In this document: piece by piece, positions 44,162 to 54,022 of the stretch
Numbering within the stretch: the stretch's first letter is position 1
Layout: each line of letters starts with the position of its first letter
Assembly: GCA_963749495.1 (NCBI GenBank)
Contig: CAVVMW010000019.1
Span: forward strand, 294,970-358,969
From: an uncultured bacterium
GTDB taxonomy: Bacteria > Verrucomicrobiota > Verrucomicrobiia > Limisphaerales > UBA8199
Length of the DNA: 64,000 nt
Direction of reading: 5' to 3'
Notes under the pieces: generated by a model
Databases searched by the model: none
Seen by the model: only the letters and a program-made list of their open reading frames with translations
Told to the model about the DNA's origin: nothing
Program-made: the position numbers and the translations under genes

Positions 44162-45769
44162 TCACTTGTTGAGCTCAATTTGAATCCATTGAGTGGCTTT
44201 GTCCAGCAGACTCGAGGCGAAGTAACTGTTGTGGACACCGTAACTGCCGTCATAGACCACCAGGTAAAGATTGAAACGGGCCTTCCGGATATTGTCGGGG
44301 ATGAGGGCTTGCTCGGCCGAGGCGGGTCCCGAGCCGCCGGTCGCGAATGTGCCGGGCACGGTGTATTCCCAGGCGAGCGCGCCGTACTTGGACCGGAGGG
44401 CCTCCGGGGCCTTGGTGGTGGCCCACAGGTCGAGCGAGGCCTTGATCTGATCGCACCGGTTGGAGACGGCTGCGGTCGTGAATTGGACCAGCATCTGAGG
44501 CTCGGTATGGCAGGTTGCACAGACGTCATAGATCTCCACGATGAATTTGTGGCCGGCCAGCGCGGGCTGCCCGTTGGTGGAACTGGCCCTGGACTGCATG
44601 TGGCAGCCGGCGCATTGGTTGGTGACCCGGAGGGCGTGCGTGCTCGGTTGATAAAGCGGCGCCGGGGAATCCAGTTCGCCGACCGTGCCGAGCAACATGT
44701 TGTACTGGGGCGAGTGGTGCGGCGAGCGGCCGGTGGCGGTCCAGGAGGCGCCGCGATGGTTGTGGCATTGGGCGCAGAGGTTGACCTGGGGATTGACCTG
44801 GTTGGTGAACGGGTCGCTGGTGGTGATGAAATAGTCGTTGGTCGAGGCCAGGGGAAAGCGAAGCTGGAAGGGGTTGGCGTTGGTCTGGTGCGGATCATGG
44901 CAGGTGGCGCAAACGATGGGAATGTCGGCGTCCCCGGCCGGCAGCGGCAGGCCGGGGAAAAAACTGTGCCGGACGGAGCCCGAATGGCACCGGCCGCAAC
45001 TGTCGATGACACCGGCCGGGTTCATGTCCTCGACCAGGCCGGAATGGGCGCTGGAACTCCATTCCTCGAAAACCGGCCGCAACGGGCCGCCATTGGTGGC
45101 GTTATGACAGCCGCCGCACACCGTGGCGGCCAACTCGACTCGCGGCCGGACTGTCGGGTCCATGTCGTCGGCCGCGTGCCAGGCCGGCCCGTGACAATTC
45201 TCGCACTGGACCCCGCCCAGTTGGGGCGTGGCCGCCTCGCTCTTGAAGCCGGTGGGCAACCCGTAACCGACGGTATGGCAGGGCAGGCAGGAGCCGTTGG
45301 TCTGCTGGCCGATCCGCTTGAGCGACTCGAAGGCCCGCGCGTGCGGCGTGTCGATCTCGGGGTCGTGCACCGTCTTGTGGCACGCGACGCAGACACTCGA
45401 CCCGGCATAGACGGGCGAGGGGCCCGTCACGCTGAACTCGATGTTGGTGGCGCGGGTGACCACGGTGGCATGCCGGACCAGGTTGGTGGCCTTGCCCAGC
45501 GCCAACAATTTCGAACCCGGGGCGGTCGATCGCTCCCAAAGCCGATAGTAGCCCGGCGGGCCGTCCCACGTGATGCTGTAGCCATTGGTCGTCGGCTCGA
45601 CGCTCGTGATGACCGGCAGCCCGGGCATGCCGCCCGCGAACGCTTCGCTCAAATGCTGAACATTCTGGCCAACGGCCGAGACCCCAAGGCCCAACACAAC
45701 GCCCATCGCCAGGAGCCAAGCCCGCGCCCGCTTCCCCGGCCGTGCTGTGGTGCTATTCATAAACTGCAT
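44162..45769 (-). CDS. nonaheme cytochrome c (c554-like N-terminal hemes, c552/NrfA-like helical tail)
   Basis: CVACH, CLPCH, CENCH, CGGCH, CGRCH, CATCH, CAQCH, CAGCH, CATCH; signal peptide; 'DGSYGVHN'. Confidence 0.9.
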   Translation of the reverse strand: MQFMNSTTARPGKRARAWLLAMGVVLGLGVSAVGQNVQHLSEAFAGGMPGLPVITSVEPTTNGYSITWDGPPGYYRLWERSTAPGSKLLALGKATNLVRHATVVTRATNIEFSVTGPSPVYAGSSVCVACHKTVHDPEIDTPHARAFESLKRIGQQTNGSCLPCHTVGYGLPTGFKSEAATPQLGGVQCENCHGPAWHAADDMDPTVRPRVELAATVCGGCHNATNGGPLRPVFEEWSSSAHSGLVEDMNPAGVIDSCGRCHSGSVRHSFFPGLPLPAGDADIPIVCATCHDPHQTNANPFQLRFPLASTNDYFITTSDPFTNQVNPQVNLCAQCHNHRGASWTATGRSPHHSPQYNMLLGTVGELDSPAPLYQPSTHALRVTNQCAGCHMQSRASSTNGQPALAGHKFIVEIYDVCATCHTEPQMLVQFTTAAVSNRCDQIKASLDLWATTKAPEALRSKYGALAWEYTVPGTFATGGSGPASAEQALIPDNIRKARFNLYLVVYDGSYGVHNSYFASSLLDKATQWIQIELNK

Positions 45770-46010
45770 TTCTGCTGCTGCGGACAGTGCCCGACCGCTG
45801 CCGGCGCGGACTCGCGCCAGCCAAACCCCAAAGCCTAATGCGATGTATTCTGAACCCTTGACCCAACTTGCGCAATACCAGAATGGCGCGCGCGTCCTCC
45901 AGAGGGCCCTAACCGTTTATTGCCTGCCCAATGGCAAAGGAGTTTTTCCTCGCGTCCATCCCCCGGCTCTGGCAGATTGGCCGGCGGAGTCGGCAGCCGC
46001 TGCTCCGATT

Positions 46011-46901
46011 ATGATCGGTTCTCAATCAACTCGAGTCGCAATCCTGGCGCTGGCCTGCCTGGCGGCCGGCCTGGCCGGAAGCGCATTTTGGGCGCGCCAG
46101 GCCAGGTTGCGCCAGGCAGAACAGGCCGCCTCGGAAACGCAACCCGATGGGGCGCCGCCGCTCTCCGCGGCCACAGTGAGGGTCCTGCAGGGCCTGAAGA
46201 CGCCCCTGACCGTCCGCTTCTATTGCTCGCTGGACCCGGCCGGCGCGCCGGCATCCATGCCGGCCTTTGCAGGACGGGTCGAGCGCCTGCTCGATCAATT
46301 CGAGCGCGAAGCCGGCGGCAAGCTGAAGGTCGAGCGCCACAATTTCGAGTCCGATTCCGCCCTCCGGAAGGCGGCTATCGCCGACGGCATCAAGCCGTTC
46401 AGCATGGAGACGGACGAGGCCTGCTTCCTGGGGATTGCAATAGCGGGCAAGCGGCGGACCGAAACGCTGGAGCGCCTGGCGCCGGAGTGGGAGCCGGCGG
46501 TGGAGTTCGACTTGGCCCGGGCTATCGAGCGCGCGGCCGCGGCGGACGCCCAGGCCCCGCCTTCGATGGCCCCGCCCCGGCAAGACCCGGCGGTCCTCGA
46601 TGAGGTCCGGCGGCTCATCCCCAATGTGGAATCAGTGTCCGTGGAGGAGGGAACCCGCTTGCTGCGCCAGGCGGCCCTGGCTGACTCTGCGCGCGCCGCT
46701 CAGCAAATCGGAGCCCGCATCCAGGAGGCCCGGCAGAGGCTCGCCCAGGCCCAGAGCAACCATTCGGAAACCGACCGGCAGGCCGCGATGAAGCAACTCC
46801 AGCAAGCCCAAGCCGAACAAAACGACACGCTCAGCCAGATCGCCGCGCGCTCCGCCGCACAAGTCCAGGCCCTTACACGCCTCAAGACCGGCGCCCACTG
46901 A
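46011..46901 (+). CDS. membrane-anchored GldG-N-terminal-like (thioredoxin-like) protein with coiled-coil tail
   Basis: TM helix; 'LS..T..VL..LK.PLTVRFY', 'A.RVE.LL..FE', 'EFDLARAI'. Confidence 0.6.
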   Translation: MIGSQSTRVAILALACLAAGLAGSAFWARQARLRQAEQAASETQPDGAPPLSAATVRVLQGLKTPLTVRFYCSLDPAGAPASMPAFAGRVERLLDQFEREAGGKLKVERHNFESDSALRKAAIADGIKPFSMETDEACFLGIAIAGKRRTETLERLAPEWEPAVEFDLARAIERAAAADAQAPPSMAPPRQDPAVLDEVRRLIPNVESVSVEEGTRLLRQAALADSARAAQQIGARIQEARQRLAQAQSNHSETDRQAAMKQLQQAQAEQNDTLSQIAARSAAQVQALTRLKTGAH

Positions 46902-46998
46902 GCGGCCAAACCCAAGCGCGGGCGCTCCGGCAAATCCGTCCCTTTTGTCGCTTTTGTCGCTTTTGTCCCTTGCTGAAAAGACAAAAGGGGCGGAAAGA

Positions 46999-47033
46999 GA
47001 AACCCCTCCCCGGTCTCCCGGGGAGGGGCTTTC
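46999..47033. terminator. probable bidirectional intrinsic terminator
   Basis: 11-bp stem CCCCTCCCCGG-TCTC-CCGGGGAGGGG with T-rich tails, between convergent genes. Confidence 0.7.
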
Positions 47034-47076
47034 TATTGGAGCCAATCCCTTTGCTCTCAGGGAAGGCGTCTGGCGG

Positions 47077-49318
47077 CTACTGGCTGGTCACGCGGAAGAA
47101 CTGCTGCGGGTCGTTCCGGGTGGGGGTCAGGAAGCTCATCGAGGAGCCGGTGCCGGTGATCGGGTTGCCGACGTTCTGCCAGCCGCCGCCCAGCGACGAG
47201 ATGGCCTGGAGTTGGTAGGTCTTGTTGGTCTGGGTCGTGAAGGCGACTTCAGCGGCGGTGTAGATGGCGATGCCGTTGGTGTTGCCCGCGCTGATCTGGC
47301 TGCTGCCATTGGCCCAGACGACCCCGCCGGGCACCGTCATGCCGGCCACTGTGGGATTGAGGCCCAGGGCGTATTTGAGCCAGTTGGGCACCCCGTCCCC
47401 GGCCGGACAAGCATTGGGGGCGGCGTTCGCGTTTGTCAGCGAGCCGAAGTATTGGATCACCCAGGCATCGGGCAAGCCGCCGGCGGCAGACACCCCCGTC
47501 AGGTCGGCGATCGAGGCCTTGAGCAAGCCGACCGTGTAGGCTAGGTTGTGGATGCCGTGGCTGCCGTCGTTCTGGACGAAGACGTAGTTCCAGGCCGCGC
47601 GCAACTGCTGCTTGGTCCAAGTCGAATTGATGCTGAGGCTGCTCTTGGCCACGCCCACCGGCGGGAGCAGCAAGGCCAGCTTGTCCATGAGGTGCTGCAC
47701 CTCGGTCTGCACGCCGTTCGATGACGCCGTCGCCATCGTAGTCCTGGCGCGGGAAGTCGAAGCTCGAGATCGTGCCATGGCACGTCGTGCAGGCGGCCGT
47801 CAGTTGCACCGGGCCATTGGTGCCGCTGGCGGCGGCGCTGATCTCGAAGGTATGGTCGCCGGCGCGCAGGAAGGCCGGGGCGCCCGACGCCACTGTCTGC
47901 ATGTGGCAGGTCACGCAGGTGTCAGAGACGACGTCCTTGTGCGCGGAACTGGGGATGGTCTGGCCGTAGGTATAGCCGTTGACGCCCTCGATCATATCGG
48001 CCTGCGGTCCGTGGTGGGGGCCGTAATGGGAACTGCCGGCGGTGCTGTCGACATACGTGGCGGCGTTGGCGCGGCTCATGTGGCAGTTCATGCACACCCC
48101 ACCCATGCCGGCGTTGGTCACCGTGGTGCCGTCCATCAAGGTCGCTGTGTTGACGCGCCGGAGTTGGTGCGCGTAAGTCGCATCGTGCGGCTCATGGCAC
48201 GCCGCGCACGTGATCACTTCATAATCCGCGGTGTTCGTGCTCAGCACTCCGGACATCCTGCCGGCAAACCCAGGCCCCGTGTGGCAACCGCCGCAGTCCG
48301 CGCTGTCGGTCGCATCGGGTGGCGAAATCGCCTGCATCGCGTGGTGGGAGATCCTCCATTCCGCGCTCTTGGCGTGGCTAGGCGGCTCGTTATGGCACTG
48401 GCCGCAATCGCCCTCGGAATAAGTCACGCAGATGGAGGCGCGCGCCGCATCGGCTCCGCTTGTAGCGGCGGCCAGGACGTGCTGGCTGCCCGGCCCGTGG
48501 CAGTTTTCGCACTGAATATCGGCCAGGTTGGCGAGCGCCGGATAATTGCTCACCATGTTCGCCCAGTTGCCGTTGGTTATGACCGTTGGGAGATGCCAAT
48601 TAAGACGCGCCATCACGTCGCCAAAGCTGCCATTGGCCACGTTGGTGACGCTGTCGTAACCGACCGTGTGACATGGCAAACACCGCGCGTCGTAAAGAGG
48701 GCCAATGCCCAAGTTGCCGTCGATGCCCTTGGTGAACACGGTCGCGTGCAGGGTCTTGGACCACGGGGTCACTTTGTTGGGCACGACGCCCCCGTCGTGA
48801 CACATCTGGCATGTGTAGAGGCCCTTATACGTCCCCGCCGTGATCGTCTGGGTGAGGTTGGTGGTCCCTTCCGAGGCGGTTGTGATCGTGGCCGTGACCG
48901 TGTACTGGCCCTCGACATCGGGCCAGAAGGCCTGCCGGCCCGCCACCTGGAGAGCCTTGGCGTCGGCCGGCTTATAGACGGGGACATTCGTCCCCAGCGG
49001 GCTGTTGGTCAGCGACGCCATCGAGCCGGCGGGCACGTTGGTCAGCGCCCAGGCGACGCGGACGATGTCCGTCTGTGGGATTGCAATGTTAACGAGGGCG
49101 TCCAGATAGACGGGCTCGCCCAGCGCGACGGTGGTGAGGCCGGCGGACTTTTGCAGGTTGGTCAGTTTGTAAGTGCTTTGCTCGGCGGGCACGAGGGGCC
49201 GGACTGTTAACTGGCCATTCAAAGGGGTTGCAGCCGTGGCGGTGCCGGCGGCGCCCACGGCCGCCAGGATGGCTGCCCCCCAGCAGGCCAGCGCATTCTT
49301 CAGAGGTTCTTTGTTCAT
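47077..49318 (-). CDS. large nonaheme cytochrome c with N-terminal Ig/PKD-like domain and C-terminal surface-protein domains (frameshift near 47718)
   Basis: CQMCH, CLPCH, CENCH, CGQCH, CGGCH, CAACH, CMNCH, CVTCH, CTTCH; 'DYDGDG', 'NDGSHGIHN', 'GLPDAW..QYFG', terminal 'QQFFRV'. Confidence 0.88.
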
Positions 49319-49319
49319 A

Positions 49320-49660
49320 TTGTGCAGCGTTGTCTTTTCAAGTGCTCAGCACGACAGGCTGATGCCACTGGTTCGCCGGGAAAATTCCCAGGCTTTGTGC
49401 CGGGATAGTTACTAGGAAAATGGGGGGAGCTACTCTCCATTTTTTGTCGAATAATAACCCTTATTTGTCCAGGCCCTCGAGGCTCGCCAGCAGTTTCCCT
49501 GATAATGGCCGATTCTCCTTGATTTTTACTGCTTTTTGAATTCGGGACCGGCGGGGCTCCAGGGCATCGTCATAGCATTATTTTGTCACGCCGATGCAAA
49601 GAATTGACAATTACATCTAATCTTAATATGATTGTTGGATAGTTCTAATAATCCACCGTA
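49320..49660. promoter_or_regulatory. AT-rich upstream/regulatory region of the large cytochrome gene
   Basis: Marked local drop in GC, no convincing ORF; no specific site confidently assigned. Confidence 0.45.
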
Positions 49661-49938
49661 TGTCCTTTTACGTCCTTTATGTCCTTTCTGTCCCTTTTGT
49701 CCCTTCCGATGCGGCGGAAGGGACAAAAGGGACAGAAGGGACAAAAGAGACAGAAGGGACAAAAGAGACGAAAGGGACTGCGGGGCCCCGGCTCAGAGCG
49801 ACTGCACCGGACTTTGAGTGACTTTCAGGCCCTTTGTCGCAGCCTTTGTCGAGGCCTTTGTCGAAATCCGGCTGAGCTCGACAAAGGCTCCGACAAAGGC
49901 TGCGACAAAGATACCAAAGTCATCCAAAGTCGGGTGCA
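49660..49938. repeat. nonamer (GGGACAAAA-like) inverted arrays followed by a 136-bp family A element (49803-49938)
   Basis: Directly visible; related nonamers at 46938-46990. Confidence 0.8.
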
Positions 49939-49945
49939 GTGCGGC

Positions 49946-51292
49946 TCAGACCTGGTCCGGCTCAGGGTGGGTCCACGGGGCGCGGTAGGGCCGGCGCAGG
50001 AGGAGGTTGGCCTGGGCGTCGCCGACGACCTGTCCCTGGGCGGGGTCCCAGACCAGGGTGCGGCCCAGTTGCATGGAAAGATTGGCCAGGATGCAGGAGG
50101 CGGTCGAGATGTAGCCCTGCTCGATATCGGCCACGGGCCTGCCGCGCGTGGCGATGGCGGCCAGGAGGTCCTTCATGTGGCCGCGAATGGCCGGCGCCAC
50201 GTGGCGCTCGAGGTCCTTCTCCGTCCGGTCGATCGGGTATTGCTCGAACTCGTAGGTGACATCCTTGTGGACCGGCGGGCCGTCGGCCGGGATGAAGTCA
50301 TAGCTGTACACGCTGGCCTTCAAGGTGGCCTTGTCACCGTAGAGCACCGCGCCCCAGGTGTATTTCGGGTCGGGTGGGGCGCCCCAGGTCCGGTGCGTCC
50401 AGACGACCTCGAGGTCGCCGAAATCGAAGGTGGCGGTTTGAGTATCGGAGATGTTGGCCTTGCTGTTCTTGGCCACGAGGATGCCGCCGGAGGAGGTGAT
50501 GCGCCGGGGCCAGCCCAAGTCGAGCATCCAGCGGACCATGTCGAGCATGTGGACGCACATGTCGCCGACGATGCCGTTGCCGTATTCCATGAAGGCGCGC
50601 CAGCCGCGCGGGTGGACCAGGCGGTTATAGGGGCGCATCGGGGCCGGGCCGGTCCAGAAGTCATAGTCCAGGTAGTCCGGCGGGGCGGTATCGGGCGGGT
50701 TCTCCCCGGCGCGCATGTGGTAATAGCAGCAGATCTCGACGTAAGCGATCTTGCCGAGCTGGCCGCTCTTGATGAACCGGTCGCGCGCCTCGATCAGGTG
50801 CGGCGTGCTGCGGCGCTGCATGCCCACCTGGACCACGCGATTGTGCTTTCGCGCCGCTGCGAGAATGGCCTGGCCCTCGGCGACACCGGCGCTGATCGGC
50901 TTCTGCAGGTAAAGGTCCGCGCCGGCCTCGATGGCCTCGATGGCAATGAGCGGGTGCCAGTGGTCCGGGGTGGCGATGAGGACCAAATCGAGGTCCTTCT
51001 CCTTGAGCATCTGGCGGTAGTCGGTGTAGGTGCGAGGCCGCTTTTTCGAGGCCTGGCGCTCGGCGGCCATGTCGGCCGCGTCGCTCAGCATCCGTTTGTC
51101 CACGTCGCACAGCGAGACGATCTCGACCGGGGCAACCTGCGCCAGCCGCCACAGGTCGCACTTGCCATACCAGCCGCAGCCGATGAGGCCGACACGTCTG
51201 GCGGGGTCTGCGAAGTCTGCGGCAGAGGCGCCCAGGGCTGAGAGCGCCAGGCCCGCCGCACCGCTCATCTGAAGGAATTCACGGCGATTCAT
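49946..51292 (-). CDS. Tat-exported Gfo/Idh/MocA oxidoreductase
   Basis: 'MNRREFL', 'GLIGCG', 'IATPDHWH', 'QKP', 'DMCVHMLD'. Confidence 0.9.
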   Translation of the reverse strand: MNRREFLQMSGAAGLALSALGASAADFADPARRVGLIGCGWYGKCDLWRLAQVAPVEIVSLCDVDKRMLSDAADMAAERQASKKRPRTYTDYRQMLKEKDLDLVLIATPDHWHPLIAIEAIEAGADLYLQKPISAGVAEGQAILAAARKHNRVVQVGMQRRSTPHLIEARDRFIKSGQLGKIAYVEICCYYHMRAGENPPDTAPPDYLDYDFWTGPAPMRPYNRLVHPRGWRAFMEYGNGIVGDMCVHMLDMVRWMLDLGWPRRITSSGGILVAKNSKANISDTQTATFDFGDLEVVWTHRTWGAPPDPKYTWGAVLYGDKATLKASVYSYDFIPADGPPVHKDVTYEFEQYPIDRTEKDLERHVAPAIRGHMKDLLAAIATRGRPVADIEQGYISTASCILANLSMQLGRTLVWDPAQGQVVGDAQANLLLRRPYRAPWTHPEPDQV

Positions 51293-51382
51293 GGCGGCTC
51301 TTTTAGGCAGATTCCCCGGGAAAGGCAAGACGGGAGTGGGCCAGACGTGGAGGACTCGCAGGGCCATTGAGAAGGTCGCTCT

Positions 51383-51530
51383 GCGCGCCTGTGCGCCAGG
51401 GACGCCAGCGTAGCGCAGGTTTCCAAACCCGCCGGCCGTTCGCAAACCGGGGGCGCTCGACATGCAGACGCCCTGCCGATTAGAAATCGGCGATACAGCA
51501 GGTTTGGAAACCTGCGCTACAACCTTGTCA
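51383..51530. repeat. family C REP-like element (GTAGCGCAGGTTTCCAAACC); contains an empty copy of the recombinase target
   Basis: Reverse-complement homolog of 60885-61015 joined to 63954-63996. Confidence 0.88.
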
Positions 51531-51638
51531 AAGGCCCTCGGGAGGACCGTGGAGGACCGTCACGGCCTGTTTGCGGGCTTGACCTTTTCCACGAAACAGG
51601 CACATTGCCCGGCTCTTTAGTATTTGGCATTTAATAGT

Positions 51639-53462
51639 ATGCAGCACATACGCAATATCGCGATTATCGCCCACGTCGATCACGGCAAGACGACGCTGGT
51701 GGACTGCCTGCTCAAGCAGTCGGGGACGTTCCGCGCCAACCAGGCCATCGCCACCGAGGAGCGGATCATGGATTCCATGGACCTGGAGCGCGAGAAAGGG
51801 ATTACGATCAAGGCCAAGAACGCCGCTTTCAAATACAAGGACTACCACATCAACATCGTGGACACCCCGGGCCATGCCGATTTCGGCGGGGAGGTCGAGC
51901 GGATCATGAACATGATCGATGGGGTGCTCCTGGTGGTGGACGCCGCCGAAGGTCCCCAGGCCCAAACCCGTTTCGTCCTGCGCAAGGCCCTGGAGGCCGG
52001 CGCCAAACCCATCGTCGTCATCAACAAGATCGACCGCGAACACGCCAATCCCCACCAGGTCCTGGACGAGGTCTGGGACCTCTTTGTGTCGCTCCATGCG
52101 ACGGACGAGCAGATGGATTTCCCCGTGATCTACGCCAGCGCCAAGGACGGCTACGCCATGGCCGACCTCGGCCACGTCAGCGGCACCATGGAGCCGCTCT
52201 TCGATGCCATCATCAAGCACATCCCCCCGCCTCGGGCCCATGCCGGCGAGGGCTTCAAGCTCCTGGTGGCCAACCTGGACTATTCGGATTACCTGGGCCG
52301 CATCGCCTTTGGCAAGATCTACAGCGGCAAGGTCAAGAATGGCGACACTTACATCTGCATCCACGGCGACGGCCGCAAGACGGCCGCCAAGATCACCGCC
52401 ATCTTCCATTTCGAGGGCCTCAAACGCATCGAGATCAAGGAAGCCCATGCGGGCGACGTCATCGGCATCACCGGGTTCGAGGACGTGTTCATTGGCGAGA
52501 CGATCACCGACGCCGAGGACCGGTTTCCGCTGCCGTTTGTGCCGATCGACCCGCCCACCATCCAGATGCAATTTGCCGTCAATGACGGCCCGCTGGCCGG
52601 CGTGGATGGCCAGTTGGTCACCGCCCGCCATATCTGGGAGCGCCTGGTCAAGGAGGTCCGCACCAACGTCGCCTTGCGCATCGAGCAGACCGACGCCCCC
52701 AACATCTTCAACGTGAGCGGGCGCGGCGAGATGCAGATCGCCATCCTGGTCGAGCAGATGCGCCGCGAGGGGCACGAAGTCCTGGTCTCCAGGCCCGAGG
52801 TGATCTATCGCAAAGACAAGCACGGCAACCTCCTCGAACCAATCGAACGGCTCTTCCTCGAAATCCCCAAGGACACCATGGGCACCGTGCTCGAGAACCT
52901 GGCTGGCCGCAAAGCCCAAATCAGCACCATGGACCACCACGCCGACCAGGTCAGCATCGAGGCCCTCATCCCCATGCGCGGCCTCATCGGCTTCGAAACC
53001 GACCTCGTCAACCAGACTCGCGGCCTGGGCGTCATGAGCCACCTCTTCCATGAATACGGCCCGGACCGCGGCGAGATCATCGCCCGCAAAAACGGCTCGC
53101 TCGTCAGCATGGAGGCCGGCGAGGCCACCGCCTACGCCCTGAACATGATCCAAGAGCGCGGCCGGCTCATGATCCAGCCGGGTGACAAGATCTACAAAGG
53201 CATGATCATCGGCGAAAACGCCCGCGAAAACGATATCCCCGTCAATCCCTGCAAGGCCAAGCACCTCACCAACATGCGCTCCGTGGGCGACGGCAAGGGC
53301 ATCCAGTTGGAGCCGCCCCTCAGACTCTCCCTGGAGCGCGCCCTCGAGTATATCGGCCAGGACGAATACCTGGAGGCCACTCCGAAAAACCTCCGCCTCC
53401 GCAAGAAGATACTCGATGAAACCCGGCGCAAACGCGCCGCCCAGAGCCGGGCGAGCAACTAA
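51639..53462 (+). CDS. typA: translational GTPase TypA/BipA
   Basis: '[17 protein letters not shown]', '[14 protein letters not shown]', 'NKID', 'GRGE', 'LRLRKK'. Confidence 0.97.
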   Translation: MQHIRNIAIIAHVDHGKTTLVDCLLKQSGTFRANQAIATEERIMDSMDLEREKGITIKAKNAAFKYKDYHINIVDTPGHADFGGEVERIMNMIDGVLLVVDAAEGPQAQTRFVLRKALEAGAKPIVVINKIDREHANPHQVLDEVWDLFVSLHATDEQMDFPVIYASAKDGYAMADLGHVSGTMEPLFDAIIKHIPPPRAHAGEGFKLLVANLDYSDYLGRIAFGKIYSGKVKNGDTYICIHGDGRKTAAKITAIFHFEGLKRIEIKEAHAGDVIGITGFEDVFIGETITDAEDRFPLPFVPIDPPTIQMQFAVNDGPLAGVDGQLVTARHIWERLVKEVRTNVALRIEQTDAPNIFNVSGRGEMQIAILVEQMRREGHEVLVSRPEVIYRKDKHGNLLEPIERLFLEIPKDTMGTVLENLAGRKAQISTMDHHADQVSIEALIPMRGLIGFETDLVNQTRGLGVMSHLFHEYGPDRGEIIARKNGSLVSMEAGEATAYALNMIQERGRLMIQPGDKIYKGMIIGENARENDIPVNPCKAKHLTNMRSVGDGKGIQLEPPLRLSLERALEYIGQDEYLEATPKNLRLRKKILDETRRKRAAQSRASN

Positions 53463-53625
53463 AGGCTGAAGGCCGAAGGCCGAAGGCGGGCGTTGCTTTG
53501 TCCCTTATGTCGCTTATGTCCCTCGAGCCGGGGCCTCCCTGCTGACACCCCCGCCGCTCCACGGCGTTTGCCTCTCCCTCGGCCTTTAGCCTTTAGCCTT
53601 CAGCCTTTAGCCTTTAGCTTTTAGC
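53460..53625. repeat. heptamer-flanked composite repeat, inverted paralog of 55462-55680
   Basis: Core 53482-53539 is the reverse complement of most of 55533-55608. Confidence 0.8.
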
Positions 53626-53863
53626 CTTTCCCGCTGCGGATCAGGTGATAGATGTGGTCCTTGAGCTTGGCGCGGCGCATCTTGAGTTCCTCGATCTGCT
53701 GATCCGTCGCAAAATCGATTTCCTCCTCAATCCGGTAGATCTCGTCGTCCAACCGGTGGTACTCCTCGAAGAGGTTCCGGAAGTGGTCGTCCGAACCCTT
53801 CAGACGTTTGATGGTCTCGCGATGCTCCGGAAACTCTCGCAAGATGGGATGATGGAGGTCCAT
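53621..53863 (-). CDS. DUF465/YdcH-family protein
   Basis: 'EFPE....I..LK..D.HF..LFEEYH.LD.EI...E', 'LK..R..LKD'. Confidence 0.85.
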   Translation of the reverse strand: MDLHHPILREFPEHRETIKRLKGSDDHFRNLFEEYHRLDDEIYRIEEEIDFATDQQIEELKMRRAKLKDHIYHLIRSGKG

Positions 53864-54022
53864 GGGCGCAATCTGCTGGTTTCCTGGTTATGTGGGATAA
53901 CCTGGGTGGTTGTGTCGCTTCAAATCCATTCGCCGTTGCGCCCCGCAGGGCGCTGCCCGATCATCCTATTGCAGACCCGGCGGCAGTAAAGTTTTCTTTT
54001 TTGTAACAAGCTCTTTTTTGCC

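Noticed and set aside
44162..49318. Calling the nonaheme proteins NrfA or HAO
   Set aside because: No CxxCK motif, heme number differs, and the context is a porin conduit.
49440..49630. Fur or FNR boxes upstream of the cytochrome
   Set aside because: GATAAT-N5-ATTCTC and TTGAC-like matches have the wrong spacing; not supportable.
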